A stretch of 64,000 nucleotides of DNA from Glaucostegus cemiculus (lineage: Eukaryota): positions 248,001 to 312,000 of the forward strand of contig CDPCPM010000020.1 in NCBI GenBank assembly GCA_976551045.1, given 5' to 3'. Position 1 is the first letter of the stretch. Each line of letters opens with the position of its first letter. A model generated the notes under the pieces. It did not search any database. It saw only the letters and a list, made by a program, of their open reading frames with translations, and was not told the DNA's origin. Below, piece by piece: positions 63,301 to 64,000 of the stretch. The position numbers and the translations under genes are program-made.

Positions 63301-63822
63301 CCAGATGTCCTCTTTGGCATTCACAACTACTGAGACTAATTTGTTGAGGTGTTATGTTGGCAAGTATGACAGCAAGTAATGCACAGAAGAATACTGGGGT
63401 GAAGATAAACTGGACAAAAGCTCATAATTTTTAAAATAGTAAAACTTGTTATTTTGTTAAGATATTTTAGGCACAACAATTAAGACCAAACTTAAATTTT
63501 GTATCTAAGCATTATGACTTCAATGAAGGAAAGGCGGTTTGGATATTCCAATGTATCTTATTCTCACTTTTGTGGCATATTCAAAGCACAAAATAAGGTT
63601 TATTAGAAGTGACAAGATGCCACTTTTACACTGTTCTGACTGAAATCTATTAGGCAACAGTTCATTGGATCACAAAACCAAACAATAAAGCAATTATGAC
63701 TGCTACTTGTGCACACCAGTGAAGCAATACCTCAAAGTCTGCCTGACAGCCTAGTTAAATTGTGCTATTCCTACAGGACTGCATCAATCATGAAATAATG
63801 AATCACAATCTGCCATTTGTTA

Positions 63823-64000
63823 TGGGCGGCACAAAGGCGCAGCAGTTAACACTGCTGTTTTGCTCCAGTTAACACTGCTGCTTTGCTCCAGAGACCTAGG
63901 TTTGATCTTGACCTCCGGTGCTGTCTGTGTGGTGTTTTCACATTTTCCCTGTGACTGTGGATTTCTGCTGGGTACTTCAATTTCTTACCACATGCCAAAA
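63823..64000 (+). mobile_element. tRNA-derived V-SINE (HE1-like), cut by the window end
   Basis: GGGCGGCACAAAGGCGCAGCAG...GACCTAGGTTTGATCTTGACCTCCGGTGCTGTCTGTGTGG. Internal 23-bp tandem duplication at 63843-63888. Confidence 0.78.

Overview
This is vertebrate genomic DNA. The repeat content (CR1 and Rex/Babar LINEs, HE1-like V-SINEs, Deu-domain SINEs, Penelope relics) suggests a cartilaginous fish; that is an inference. The whole window lies inside one + strand gene, the histone H3K4 methyltransferase KMT2D (MLL2/MLL4). I traced 18 phase-compatible GT-AG coding exons from 7899 to 62438, corresponding roughly to human exons 25-42 (numbering recalled, not looked up), plus a candidate 48-nt micro-exon at 3965-4012. 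They encode the HMG box, Pro/Ser-rich and Gln-rich disordered regions, four LXXLL motifs and the conserved coiled-coil. The PHD and SET ends lie outside the window. The most striking feature is the exon-39 equivalent (52452-58921, 6470 nt). It carries a ~2.65-kb coding minisatellite of about 76 units of 30/36 bp encoding QTTVGQQLPP(QP), with higher-order structure. Five single-C insertions break the frame inside the array and are probably consensus errors. Introns are filled with decayed transposons, including palindromic Penelope-derived elements with degenerate minimal hammerhead-ribozyme cores. Nearly all other ORFs in the track are spurious or LINE fragments. Transposon boundaries are approximate.
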